Below are positions 1 to 13,116 of a DNA stretch of 64,000 bases, one piece after another. Positions within the stretch are counted from its first letter, which is position 1; each line of letters begins with the position of its first letter. Origin of the DNA: Cenococcum geophilum (lineage: Eukaryota). The notes under the pieces were generated by a model. That model searched no databases and was not told the DNA's origin. It saw only the letters and a list, made by a program, of their open reading frames with translations. The position numbers and the translations under genes were made by a program. The stretch is taken from assembly GCA_050273025.1 (NCBI GenBank), contig CP158635.1:1984001-2048000 (forward strand). The letters are read 5' to 3'.

Positions 1-545
1 TAGGTTCACTAATTCATTTATAAAAGCCCTACGTGTTTAAACACAAGATTATCCCCAGTATTGGTCGAGCTAGGCATATTTAAGGCAGTACGTAAGCTTT
101 ATTAGGGAGCTAACCCCGGCTAGGCTACAGCTAAAATCGATACTATTAATATATTATATCTGCCGCCTATAAAGGCTTTAAACCTTAAGGATCTATTAAT
201 TTACTTTATATCTAGCTAAGTTGAATATATCTTTATCCCTAACGTATAACTCTTAAACTTAAGTTTTATTAACGCTTAGGTGTTATCTTTAAGACCCTTT
301 TATCTATTTTTAGGCCGTCTCTCATTTTAACATCTATAAAGGCCTCCGATTTCGACTAGATACCTAAGAAGTATCTTATCCAAGATATTGCCGGAATTGG
401 CACTAAAGAACACTACTGTATATACTTTGGGAAGTTGCTCAGCGGAGATAATATCGTCTAGCTATAGTGTTACATTAACTAGTTATATAAAGCTTGCTTA
501 CCAAAGGTATGCTAGCGTTGGCATTATAGAGTTTATAAAAAAGAT

Positions 546-1244
546 ATGGTAGAGTACGACAGAATGAAAGAAAAGACAGAGCTTATTCCTCTTCTAGTGG
601 AGATATATTTTAAAACCGGCCGAATTATAGAGGCTAAAAAGTACTAGGTGCGGCTAGTAGAGACAATTAGGAAACTAAGAGGGCCGGAATATAGGGACAC
701 TTTAAAAAGCAAAATCTACCTAGCTTATATCTATATTAAATAGGAACGGCTAACCAATGCTAAAGAGCTACTGCTATAGTTACTGGAGACTGGTAATAGG
801 GTATTAGGCCAATACCATTTATAGATATTAAGTATAATAGCCGTCTTAGCAGAAGTCTATTGTTATTAAAAACGGCGAACGGAAGCCGATAAGCTGGAAA
901 CTTAAGTAATAGAGATAAGAAAGAGAATTCTAGGCCTATAGCATCCTAATACTCTAAAAAGTATAGAAGAGCTAAGTTCTAAATACCGTATAAAGAACCA
1001 ACTTCTAAAAGCGGAGGAGCTATAGAAACAAGTAGTTAAGATAAAAAGAGAGATTTTTGGCAATGACTATCTAGACACTGTTAGCAGCATAAGTGGCTTA
1101 GCATTTATATTCTATAAGTAAGGACGAAAGGAGGAGGCTTAAAGGTTGAATATAGAGGTGGTAAAGACAAGAATTAACGCATAGGGCCTGGTGCATTTAG
1201 ATACGCTTATAAGTATGGCCAAACTTTTAGCCACCAGTTACTGA
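546..1244 (+). pseudogene. Tetratricopeptide-repeat (kinesin light chain-like, TPR_10/TPR_12-type) C-terminal region, NLR-sensor-like; N-terminal part probably extends towards the window start
   Basis: Translation gives ~42-aa repeats: RKLRGPEYRDTLKSKIYLA, NRVLGQYHL*ILSIIAVLA, RKRILGL*HPNTLKSIEEL, KREIFGNDYLDTVSSISGLA, RINA*GLVHLDTLISMAKL. These match the LGxEHPDTLxSMxxLA consensus. Confidence 0.85.
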
Positions 1245-1466
1245 AATAGCCGATTTTAAGTCAAATAGCGAAGAAAGGAAAGTATATAAGTAGATATCTT
1301 AGGAGTATTCGCGGCAGAACCCCGCCGGAGGCATTAATAGTAGAATTAAGCATAGGTAATATAGTAAAAGTAGGTAATAATATATTTACTGTCCCTACTA
1401 TAGAGTAGATAAATAATGAAACTACTAAATAATATCAATGTCACTATCTAAACTATCGCAGTGCCC

Positions 1467-2750
1467 TTAATGTTTTGGCAAGCCGGCATACTCTCCCCCT
1501 ATAAACTTAAGGAACTTTTTTATATCCTCTTTAGATGGAATCTGGCAAAGTTCATCCCTATAGAGTTGTAGCTTCTTGCTATGATTAAGTGATTTATCAA
1601 CTGCGCCTAAGATTATCTTAGGCAGAAGATCGTATCCGGGGCCGTTTATTCGAATTTTATAACTAACCGGGGTATAATCTACAAAGTCCAGGTCTTTTAA
1701 CAGCAAGTCATCTACACCCTATTATTTCGATAGTTGACCTAGTTCGCCGCCGATTGGAACCGTAAATATCCTAAAAAGATCCTATTAAGTCCCATTAGTA
1801 TTATATAGTTTATTATACTCTTTAATGGGGCTAACTACACTCTTAGCCGCGAGTTTAATAATTAACATCGCTAATTATATAATGGCCTTAGGGACGAAGA
1901 TAATATGCTCTATTAGGACTGTAGCTGTTTCCGCGGCTGCCTAAAAGGATTGCGTAGCGCTAGCGAAAATAGACTTAAACCGAGCTAGGAGAACGAACGC
2001 CTCATCCTAAGATTTATGCCGTTGCGCGTCTTTCTATAAATTGTGACGCTTTGTTATGTAATCATCGAGGTTCCAACCTTTGTAGTAGCGATAACGTGCT
2101 AAGTATAGCACTTGGCGGATATTGGCCATGATAGTCTCACTGTTAACCCCTTTAGATTTTAATTGTGTGCCTTTAACAATGGCTTTGTTAATAAGAGAGA
2201 CAATTTCATTATCCTCTTTGCCCTTAAGCTCTCCCTTGCGACTTATGCCCTAAAGGCCTCCTTCGTTCTGTTTATCCCTAAGCTCTCCCCCGCGATCTGT
2301 CTATAGGTTACAAAGATCCGCAAAGCTCGCGTAGGACAATATATCGTCTATAAGGCTAAGCGCCATGGTCGATTCATTATCTATTAAGGCTGGATTCGAG
2401 TATAATATAAACTAAACGGTGACTTTTGCCCCCTAAAGCTTTAGGGCCAGGCAGATCAGGTCTACTACGAATTTTTAGGTCGCGATATCGGCTGGTCAAG
2501 ATATCTGGCCGTCGCAGATATGGATTTTAAAACGATAACTTGAAACGCTCGGGTATATATTTATAAAATATTTAAAAACGGAGTATATCGTCTACTCATA
2601 TTCTAGAGGAAGATTTTCGGTCAGTAATGGGATAAAAGTAGTCGTAGGGATATTCGCTATCGAACGGTCCAGGTTTTAAGTCCTTGAGTTTATGTAACCT
2701 ATAGTAAAACGTCTTAAGCTAGAGGATTAATAAATAGATGGACTTCTTAG
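1467..2750 (-). pseudogene. Hypothetical protein pseudogene of roughly 400 codons; includes ORF 1467-1706
   Basis: One minus frame reads as protein (SNPALIDNESTMALSLIDDILSYASFADLCNL*TDRGGEL...ARYRYYKGWNLDDYITKRHN...) with only sparse TAG stops. No family recognised. Confidence 0.55.
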
Positions 2751-2866
2751 ATAGGTATTTATACTACCGTTATAGAGCTTTAATATATGCCTCGCCGACT
2801 CCGCAGTTATATAAGCCTTGCTACGAAGCTAAATGCAAGGGTTTTTAATTGCTAAAGTAAGCTATA

Positions 2867-3307
2867 AGCAGGGCACGATTTAGCTTCAGCTTAGAGTCGC
2901 TAAGGCCTACCTCAGTCATTCTTCGCCGATCTATTATAGTTCTTTAGTATTTAATAGATTAAGCCTTACCAAGTACGCCTTGCTATAGAGGCGTTAACGG
3001 AAAAAGAACTCGTTCCTTAGCGGTATTATCCCACCGTCTTAAAATCCATGTCGATTAGCGTAAGGCGTAATAAGAAAGCGCAGGTATTACTACCTAGAAG
3101 GATTAAAAGGACCAGGTGGCTCAGGTGGCTTAGGTGGATTAGGTGGATTAGGTGGATTAGGTAAATTAGGTAGATTAGGTAGGTTAGTTTAACGCGCCAA
3201 AACGACTAGCTGCAAAGAATACGCTAAGCCGAAACGTGATTAACGTTAAGGCATTGCGAATGAAGACCCATAGAGATTTCCTATGCTTCTTATAAATCGT
3301 AGCAATA
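2867..3307 (+). repeat. Direct repeat, copy 1 (~440 bp; partner 5007-5522), containing a 9-bp AGGTGGATT tandem array
   Basis: Colinear with 5007-5522, differing almost only by C/T and G/A transitions. Confidence 0.95.
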
Positions 3308-5006
3308 AGTCTCTAACTAAATCTTGTATTCGCATTGGAGAGAAATTCCTAGCTATAACACTATAAGTGAATTATAGTCTCTGTTTCTTAGATTAATTAA
3401 TATACAAGTTCCAGACCTGGTATTTTTCGGTTAATAAAAGTGAAGAATAGTGTAGGGACTCCTATATATACCTACAGGGTTATACAAATCTAAAAATGGT
3501 ATAATGTATATTTAATGCCCACATTTTAAAACGCTTTGCAGACTAGCAAGATATTATTATTAAGACTTTTAAGCATTAGTTCCGTAGTTGAATTAGTCTT
3601 ATACTAAGACGACCGCCCTTAACCAAGATAATAAATTATATCTAGTTACGCGTATTAAATTTTCATAATATTAGTGAGTTTTTTATAACGAAGCGGAGTG
3701 AAACAATAATAGATTTCGTGTTATAATTAAGCTAGTTTAATACTTAAGATCCAGTCACGATTAAAAAATTAGATTTTATTACAGTACGCCAAATATAACA
3801 TAGGTGATATAATACCACGTCTACTCGCTTTTAATTCTTAAGGGGGTGCCACCCTATCCAAACTAGATAATCTTTTTCTGCTAATATAGACGAACAAGGC
3901 GCCTAGGAGCGTGAGTGCCACTATAGCGCCAACGACTATTCCTACCACTACTACACTAGAAAGGCCTTAGGAAGGTAAATATAGAACTAAAGTTGCAGAC
4001 AATAAGGCGCTATTAGTTATCGCGGTTAATGGGAAGGTTAACGTAGGCGCCTAAGTTAAGGTAACTACGCTTAAGGCTTTAGCTAGGAATAGTTCGCCAG
4101 GATTTAGCATAAAGGTTAAATTTTTAGCATACGCCCTCTGCACGGCGATGGTTTCGGTCTTATTCTGCACCTACTTTTAGTAGGCTAATCTAAGATAAAA
4201 TATATACGGCTTCCAAAAATAGCAATAGAAATAACAATAACAATAAAGTAAAAAAGGTAGAGGGGGGGAAATAGTAAATAATTTATCCCCTTACAGGATT
4301 TATAACTCCTACTATTCCTTATTAAATGTACGATCCGGGAGCTAAACAGTAGAAGAATATTAGCGCGGTATTATTAATAGTAAGGTTCTATAACGGCGGC
4401 TATTAAAATATAAATTACCGATTAAATAAAGTGGATATATTAAAAATGGAAAACAGACGTTTTTACCTCGTTGGATACTATGTCTATTAGGTAAAACCCA
4501 GAGAAGAAGCCAGTTTTTTACGGCCCTGTTATCTTATAAGGAACACACAGGTCTTTTTTGCGTCAGTTTAGTAACGAAGGTATAGAGAGAACTAATACGA
4601 TTTAGACTTACATTTATACTCGGCGCGAACTATAAAATAGTTAAGCGGGAAGAATTAGAAATAAATAACATCTCCTACATTTGCCGTTATGGTGTCTAGG
4701 ATAAATCGCTAAGTTAGCTTCCCAACCATAACGACGTGGAGTTTTATGTCGTTACCATCGGTAGTAGTTATGGGAGGGCTCGCCGAACTCAATGTCAAAA
4801 AAGGTAAAATTAAGATTAAAGAAGGTGGAATAAAAATTAAAGAATATATTTCTTTAGAGGAGGAGCTCACACCCAAAACCTATATAATAAATTTAACAAG
4901 GGTAAGAAAGGTCGTTAAAGCCTTAGGGGTTATTTAAAATATAATAAATAAAATAAAAATCAAAGTAAAAGAAAAGAAATATTAGATTAATTTAAAACTT
5001 AAGGAC

Positions 5007-5522
5007 AGTAAGGTACGATTTAGCTTTAGCTTAGAGTCGCGAAGTCTACCCAGTAATATTAGCGGTTAGGTTAAGTTAAACTAATAAGAAAATGCTAACC
5101 TAACCGCTAATATCACTAGGCTTACCTCGGTCATTCTTTACCAATCCATTATAATTCTTTAGTATTTAATGGATTAAGCCTCACCAAGTACGCCTTGCTA
5201 TAGAGGCATTAACGGAAAAAGGACTCGTTCCCTAGCGGTACTCTCCTACCGCCTTAAAATCCATGTCAATTAGCGTAAGATGTAATAGGAAAGCGCAGGT
5301 ATTACTACCTAGAAGGATCAAAAGGACCAGGTGGCTTAGATGGCTTAAGTGGATTAAGTGGATTAGGTAGATTAGGTAGATTAGGCGGATTAAGTAGGTT
5401 AGTTCAATGCGTTAAAATAACTAGCTATAAAGAATACGCTAAACTAAAACATAGTTTATGTTAAGGCACTATAAATAAAGACCTATAGAGATTTCCTATG
5501 CTTCTTACAAATCGTGGCAATA
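5007..5522 (+). repeat. Direct repeat, copy 2, carrying an extra 72-bp hairpin insertion
   Basis: Aligns to 2867-3307 except for the insertion at 5049-5120. Confidence 0.95.
5049..5120. mobile_element. 72-bp miniature inverted-repeat insertion
   Basis: 25-bp terminal inverted repeats: cccagtaatattagcggttaggtta and taacctaaccgctaatatcactagg (2 transition mismatches). Absent from the paralogous site near 2911-2925. Flanks tcta/ctta against empty-site ccta suggest a ~4-bp target duplication. Confidence 0.75.
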
Positions 5523-5759
5523 CCCTATAGGAATTTAAGTTTGTAAAAAATCTCGCATTTAATAGGAGGTAAGATTTTAAACGTAAGGCTTGTAATACAA
5601 ATAACACCAAAGAGTAGTTTCGTTTATAGTATAGTTATTTTATAAATAAAGAAGAGAAAGTATAATAAAGGAGAGCTATAAAACAAATAAAATTCAAATA
5701 AGAAAACGCCCCCCTTCTAAGTTTATTTTTTTATCTTTTGTTTTTAAGCTATATAAGAA

Positions 5760-7058
5760 AAAATAAAATAAAGAACTATTAGAGGAAAATTAGACAGCTA
5801 TTACTGTATGCCTTACCTTTTCTATCTTTTACGCGTCAATCTATTCTACCTTACTCGCAGCGTTAAGTTCGTTAAAACTATTAACCTTAAATAGCTTATA
5901 GTAGAGTTTCTTAAACTCTTTAAGGATAGCGGCTATATTAGCTGCCCCTACGGCTAGAGCCGGAGTTCTAGTTAAAGCTAGAGTTCTAGTCGGAGTTCTA
6001 GTTAGAGCCGGAGTGCCTAAAATTTTACGGAACTACTAAGACATTGGGTAGAGAATACCAGGTATAGGAGATCTGTCTTTAGCTGGGCGTATACCAGTTA
6101 AATACTCCTTAAGTCTTCCTTCAGCTTCCTAAGCTGCTTTATAAATCGATTTATTAGCTCATTTAGTGCCCTACCTATTTTAAACAGTTACTCTAGTCTC
6201 CTAATACCGCTTTAGTCCATTGTCTATGCCCTAGTTAACTAGAATATACATAAAGGGAAAACATTTTACTAGCCTTATCGCTTTATTCCAATAAATTAAA
6301 TTTAAATCTTCTCTAGGGTCTTCCGGGTACTCGGATTTTCACACAACTACGCGAAGGCAAGTAATTTTAGTATATAGAAATTTCCCGTCTGGTCTTCTTA
6401 CGTCCCCAAGTCTAAAATTAGGGTTAGTATATTTTTCCTCAGGAGGAAATGCGTAATCCCCCTCTACTCCCCCTCTTATAATTCTATAGATAGACGCATT
6501 GCGTGGACCGTAGCAGTTAATGACTTCCTTTTAATTATCTGCCCATGTAACGGTGGCCCTATAAGAAGTATTATAATTAGGTTACGTATCCGCGGCAATA
6601 TAAAGTGGCTCCCCGTAGACTAGATCCCATAACTTGCTTTTTATAGCAGGCTCTAACCCTATATACTCTTATTTTATAGGCGTTTGTTTTACGCCCTAGG
6701 GGTCTGCATCCTATAGCTCTTATAGAATAAAAAGTGCCTCTCTCTCTCTATTAGGCTCTATAGACTCTATAGGCCCTTCGTCTACGTCCTTAGAGCCTAC
6801 GCCGTTTCCACCATCTTTATTACCTAATTCTATTTAGTAATCCTCCGTTAACTCCTATAACTTTTTATCCAATTCTTCAATTTTTCTTTTATCCTCTTTA
6901 CTCTGCTCGCTACCCTCCCCTACACTCTTCTTCTCCTTTATAGCCGCTAATTAAAGTTTTAGAGCTTTAATTTCATTTTGCTGCTAAACAACCTTAGCTT
7001 TTCCATCCTTATCCTTTAGTTGGGAGCGAGCTATTTTCTTAGCTCTGGTTTTTGCCAT
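5760..7058 (-). pseudogene. Fungal hypothetical protein pseudogene (coiled-coil N-terminus; YGPRNAS, (W)ETR and DRSP motifs)
   Basis: ATG at 7058 (MAKTRAKKIARSQ). A single frame continues through EVINCYGPRNASIYRI, RLGD, YILVN*GIDNGLKRY*ETR, SIYKAA*EAEGRL and KDRSP, with RIP-type stops. Confidence 0.65.
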
Positions 7059-8890
7059 TTTTAAAAAAGAGGGCCTATTACTAAATATAGCTTTCTTACT
7101 AATATATTTATTAGATTTGGCTGCAAAGTCGCCCTAATATATAGAGTCCTCACAATGTCAACATTTAGACCATTCTATACTTGCTAGCTACCATTTTATA
7201 CTAGGCTTATAGAAAAGAAAGAATCGGTTAGGGATTACTTTTATAGTGACCTCTCATTTAGGAGGGCCTAAACATCAGCTATTCGCGGTAGATCTAAACT
7301 TTACTTAGAGCATCTCCGGACTAAGGTAAGTTAGTTACTCTCTGCTTTTACTTATCCTTTAGTATAAATATAACTACCGTATTATATCTGTTCAATCTAA
7401 ATATACAAGCATTTTTTAGAATTTTTGCCGTAATGCTATTTAAACTAATTACCTTTCTATATATGGTCGCTATATAAGTGACCTATAGTTATTCGGATTC
7501 CTAGTTAACAAAGTAAGTAGCGTTTCTAGAATTTTTAGAAAGTCCTGCTAAATATAACTAGGACTGTATTTAAAACTTCACTTTACTATATAACCTAGAC
7601 ATAGCTCGCCTCCAAAACGGGAGCTCTTTATCCGGATATAACTACTACCCTTAGTGGCAATAGCTACCTAGTTATAGGTACTATAAATATACCTAGCGCT
7701 GTTATCTTACCTAAACCGAAATGGCGTAATATAACCCCTTCGGAAATTCCGTCAGGATATCTATAAATAACTAGGGAATTTGCTCTAAGTTTATCTCCCT
7801 TATCTATAGGCTTGGCATCAGCCACTTACCCAGCTTTTAAATCTTCAATATTAATTTCTATACGCCGTAAGCCGCACTTTTTAATATTTGCCGTTACTAT
7901 AGTAATAGGTCTAGTTGTTATATACGGTCGCTAGATAGTTTTCCTATATCACTACTTAGTCGCTAAATACTGTATAAATTTGCAGTTATGTGTATAAGTA
8001 GAAAGTTTATAGACGGATATCACTAAGATTAAGGCTTGGGTATAAGAGTTAATCTAAGGAATAAAGCTTAGGCTCGCCCTTATAGGAACTTAGGCCACGC
8101 TAAAAACGTATATCTTTATAGAATACTTCTTAAATTACATTTATAGGGTGAATTTAGAGACTGTTATTTGTATAATCTATCATACTCCACTAATAAAGGC
8201 ATTAGCATAATATATTATTTATTAAGATCTACTAATAAAGGTAATATATAACCTACCTACAACCCGCTTATATTGCATAATAGTAAAAGGCGTTTCGTTC
8301 TAGAGGGCGTCTCTTTTTAAGGGTTGCCTAAGCGGGTAATAAAGTAGATAAAGTGATTAAACCGGATGGATGAGGTGGATAAGGTGGATAAGGTAGATAA
8401 AATAGGTAAGTTAAATCATTCCGATCCCTCCTTCGCTTAGTTGCAGTAATATTATCCTTAGGTACGTTAGTGTCGGTATTAATACCTAGGTGCTTTTAGA
8501 CAATTGCTAGCTAGAAAGGTGTTATGTTTCGCTATACGTAGCACAAATATAGTAGTTATTTCGCTTATTTCAACACATCTTAAGTAGAATGTAAATTATC
8601 TATTAGGATTCTTGTTTTTTAAAGCGTTTATAGATTCCCACTTACATAATAATATACAGACACAGCAGCGGTACACTTTAGAACGGACGCTATCTATACC
8701 CGATTTTTCTTATCTAAGCTATAAATACTATAGCCATTTCTATAAAAATAAAGATAATAGTTATAAGAGCCTAATAAAGAAATCCTTCAAGCACTTGCTA
8801 TATAATCTCTATTTCTTTATATCTATCTACTAAAACTCTGCAGTACTTGCTACTAATTTACTTAGGGAGCCCTTTACAAGAGAAATCGAG

Positions 8891-10590
8891 CTATTTTAAA
8901 CAGCTATTTGGAGGCTGAAATTCCAAGTCAACTAGGCGTAAATCCTAATAAAGGTTATAAGAAACGTAATCCCGAATTTTATCCCGAATATCTATTTTTG
9001 CACTAACTAGATATAAAATTAGCAGCTTTAGTATAGGCTTAACGTAGACTTGCTACCTAATATTACTGTTTTTCCATTAAGTACTGCCAATTTCTCTTTC
9101 AGAACATTTGCAATATCTAGCCTCCCTTATATTGCCTTAATTCTCTTACTATATTCTTTTTCAGGTTCCTCTATTTAAGGAAGATATATCTTAACCTTAA
9201 TATTCTATCAACTTACTTAGGTTTGCTCTTATATATACGGAGTGCTACTTACGTATTCCTTAGTATTATCTATTAGTAATTAATCCATAAATGGTTTCAC
9301 CCATAATTGCTAACCTAGTTTAATAGTATTAGCACTTAATTTAGTCTAACCTAAGGTAAATATACCATCTATATCCAGCTCCTATATAAGTACTATCCGC
9401 CTCATTTTAACTTTATAACGTCTGTAGCCTTAGATAAGCTTATTAATATATACTAGGTGGCTAGCAACTCTAATACTAGTTACAAATATTAGTACCGTTC
9501 TAAAATTGCTAAAATTATATCTAACCCCATATAGCCCGTTAATAAATGCCGATATTAAAGTATTTATATAACTCGTAAGCTTTTTAGTAAACCCTCGCCG
9601 GGGTTTAATAAGTAAATATATCTTTAATCGATCTGAGTTACTATCCCAGCCTAATATTACAAAAGGGTAACGTTAGAAGATAGACTAGAAGCTAGCTTTA
9701 GGAACAGAAAGGTAAATATATTAGCCAGCTTTTACTTTCTAAGGTCTAGGTATATAAACTAAGACATAAAGGGCTCTACTTTCTTATATTACTTCTGCTT
9801 TGGTTTGAGATCTATTCTAAGAAAAGTTCTAATATAAGTAGAAGATCCATTTTAAGGCTATAGAGGAAGCCCATACAGATGCCCCAATAAGTAGATATAA
9901 TTCTGCTGTCTAGTTCCCCTTAATATAAAGCTAAAGAGCGAAGATAAAGATCTTAGAGAGAAGCGTATAGAACTAAAAGAAAAATTCATAAACAGCCCTC
10001 TAAATAAAATGAGTAGAAAGAAGGTATATTAATGTCAATAATAAGCCTCCCTAGCGTTAAAAGTCAATTTGCTTTCAGGCGATAGTTTAGAGGCGGGCTA
10101 AACGTATAATAAGCCCCCAAATTCCCAATGTATTAAGTATAAATGGTTATCGATTTATAAATGGAGTAACCGCATAGACTAACCCTTATAGAAAAGTGAC
10201 TGTTCCTATATATGTATGGATTTTATATTATGTTTACATGGAAACGCCAAGGTAATTGGCGACTATACTAAGCGATCCCGCTACGACCGGGATTATATTA
10301 GCAAGGGATATTATACCAGCGCGTATTCCGATCTAAGCAAAGGATCTGACTCCAATAGTTATGTATAAAACGTTGGCAATGACATATAAGGTAACGCTTA
10401 AAAGAAAAATTCGGGTCGGCCTCCTAGGTATAGTATTTCCTCGCCAAATATAAGGATAAACAAGATATTTTAAAAGGAAGAAGGTAGACAAGGTATAGAG
10501 AAAACGTATAATATAAGAGATTACGCGGTATAGCAGTAAAAGCGTAAAGCCGCCCACTACTATAGCCGCATACTATATAGTAACGTTCAT
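8891..10590 (-). pseudogene. Ferric reductase / NADPH-oxidase-like transmembrane flavoprotein (FRE), intron-containing
   Basis: Hydrophobic N-terminus (ORF 10333-10557), then P*KVKAG*YIYL, SF*SIF*RYPFVILGW (the HPF FAD motif after de-RIP), LLIKPRRGFT, AFINGLYG (DGPYG), TVLIFVTSIRVASHL (ATGIG) and RRIVLI*EL, ending LEFQP. Confidence 0.9.
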
Positions 10591-10848
10591 TATAAGTCGC
10601 ATTTTTTCACCTTTACGCGGCGCGGAGTAGAACTTAAATATAGCATTACTTAATATAGCATTAAAGACATTATAAGCTAAATCTAAAGGCAGTAAAGTAT
10701 AAGAGATAATGCCCGCAATTTCCTAAGGGCAGCAGTATCTAGTTTCCTTAGCTTATACCTAGGTATAGAGTATAAAGCCGTCCTAGGCTAGGTAGGCAAA
10801 AATTTATAAAAAAGCAAGTACCTAATCCTAGCATTAACCCCAAAAATT

Positions 10849-11253
10849 ATAGCAGACGAAAAGAAAAGAGTAGTCTAGGAATTGTTCCGTAAACATTAGA
10901 ACAATTTCCTTTAGAGAGCCTATAAAATTGGCGCGTAGTATAGTGCGAATATATATGTTCTTATTTATAGGCAGGGTAAATACTATATATATACTTCCAT
11001 GCTATATACCTCCTGGCCTCCTCCTATAGAAGAAGTGGTAATATACTTTCTTACCCTCTTATATATAAAGCTAACTATTCGCATAATAGCGTCGTCATTC
11101 GCCAGCCCAAAAGACATTATTAGACTTCAGCCCTAGCACGGCTAAAAAGAACCCGTTAAAGGGAACACTTACTAAATCAGCGCCTCTTAAAAGGCTGCGA
11201 AGGCCCCCAATACCAAAAGGCGTCTCAATTAGCCCTCATTTATATACCTTCTA
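10849..11253 (+). pseudogene. MADS-box/SRF-like small transcription factor
   Basis: (M)ADEKKRVV*ELFRKH*NNFL*RAYKIGA*YSANIYVLIYRQGKYYIYTS..SWPP resembles the SRF-type FxKRxxxLxKKAxELxxxCxAxVxV..Y.YxS..WPP pattern. GT..AG intron near 11038-11089. Confidence 0.7.
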
Positions 11254-12398
11254 GCCAGAAAGAATAGCGGTAAAAGGTAAGGGGGCGGATGGCGACAGGC
11301 GCCCCTTAAGAGCATTATAGTAGTAGAGCAAAAATTTAAAATACTAGCGCGTCTATAGGCAGCAGCAGTCCCTAAAGAGACTAAAGGTAAGGATATAGAG
11401 GACAGGCAACCTATAGGTACCATATAGGTGGGGCCTAATAGCGAAGAGATGGAATACGGGGTTTTCTCAGACGGAGTTTTCTCCCTATATATATATAAGG
11501 CGTAGTCCGTGTAGGCCTAATAGGGATCCGCTTTAGTAGCTATAATTTATATTACTAAATTGCCTTAAACCTAGCAGACCGGCCCCTAATCTTACTAATA
11601 TTATACTTATTAACATCCCCTACTACAAAGCGAGATACACTAAGCCGGGACATATAAGGGGTACTTTAACTTTTAGTAACTCAATCTCTTCACATATATT
11701 AATATTTGCTACAGTTCTGCATATACTTTATACTATAGCTATTTATAAACGTTAAAGACCTCTCCTACCTAAAAATTATAATTACATTATTACTATTATG
11801 CTTAAGTTACGGAGATCGTTCTTATTACGTGAAACAGTGTTCCTTTGCTATAGAACTACCGTGTATATATAGCCTCATTTTCTTTATAGATTAATCTTTA
11901 TATAAGTTTTCCTTACCTAAAATCTGCGTACGGACTTCCAATTAACATATATATATACACAAACCCCTAAATAGGTGCGAAATAGGTGCCTAGACAATAA
12001 CGTCTAATATTAGGTTTATCTTATTGCCGCTACTTAAGGAGAATCCCTACCGCTTAAGTTATTATAACACTAGCGTTATATAATAATAGCGGGCTAGATA
12101 AATACTTTTTAGGTTATATAAGTGTGGTTATAAGCGATATGTAACGGTAATTAAAGCAGACTTAACTAGATATTGCCACTATAAATAGGGAAGTAGCCGA
12201 CCTGTACCGGCTATACCCTTATCGAGGTAGCGTTTCCTAGACATTAGCGCGGTCAAAGCCACGATCCACTTTGTAAAGGAGATAAAACGTTTACACCTAA
12301 GCGAATAATAAGCCGATTTCAATAAGCGAATACTCCTAAGATCCCCTCTCCTACTTATACCTCCTAACTAACTACATTTTACGTTTCTATATCCTTCT

Positions 12399-13114
12399 AT
12401 GTCTAGCTTATACTACGACTCTAATAATACACTTCGTCACTCCCCTGGTCTTTAACCTATTAAGCTAAAGACTACCCCCTTACCTTTACCTCTACCATTT
12501 ATCCCCTAATAAGCCGCGGTTTTACCATATTAAAGACGCTAAAAGGAACGTAACACTCGGCCTAGCCAAGGCGACACAGTTCTAATGAATTTTGTTAGCC
12601 CTAACCACCTAAATATTGCCATAAACGCAGGCGAAAGTCCGTTAAACTCCGCGTCTAAGTCAGAAGCGAGCAACCTAGAGTATAATAAGGCGTTTAAGGA
12701 AGTAGAGGGTTTAAATATAATAGATAGTGTTTCTAATTCTAACTAAAAAGAAAGCGACCGCACCGCTATAAATATAGAGCCAAAACCCAATACAGCCTAA
12801 GCTATAGAGTGCTTATACGCAAGCCAGGTGCTCTTAGTAAACATACAATTAGAGATAAAAATAGAAGAAGTTAAGGCAAAAGGCTTACTAAGCTAAGAAG
12901 CGAGCTAAGCAGCATACGGAACAAGGGCATTTAGGGGATTTTTAAGGGCTGTCTTTAAGTAAAGTAATAAGCACTATAGTAGCAAAAGAGCTATTATATA
13001 AGACTTTGACGGAAGTAGCTAAAGAGATAATAATATCGCATTATAGCTTAGATACCGTGCGCTTATATAGCAAATATCCTTAATTTTATATTATACTATA
13101 ACGTATACTTAGAG
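12399..13114 (+). pseudogene. Pseudogene fragment with an RPSQGDxVL...NHxxIA...AG motif recalled from N-termini of fungal C2H2 zinc-finger proteins; ends at the MITE
   Basis: ATG at 12399; translation includes TRPSQGDTVLMNFVSPNHLNIAINAGESPLNSASKSE. No zinc finger seen. Confidence 0.45.
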
Positions 13115-13116
13115 TA

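Noticed and set aside
3114..3186. CRISPR array or telomeric repeat
   Set aside because: Contiguous 9-bp units without spacers, not TTAGGG, in an intron-containing eukaryotic context.
2867..5522. LTR retrotransposon
   Set aside because: No TG..CA termini, primer-binding site, polypurine tract or gag/pol motifs recognised between the repeats.
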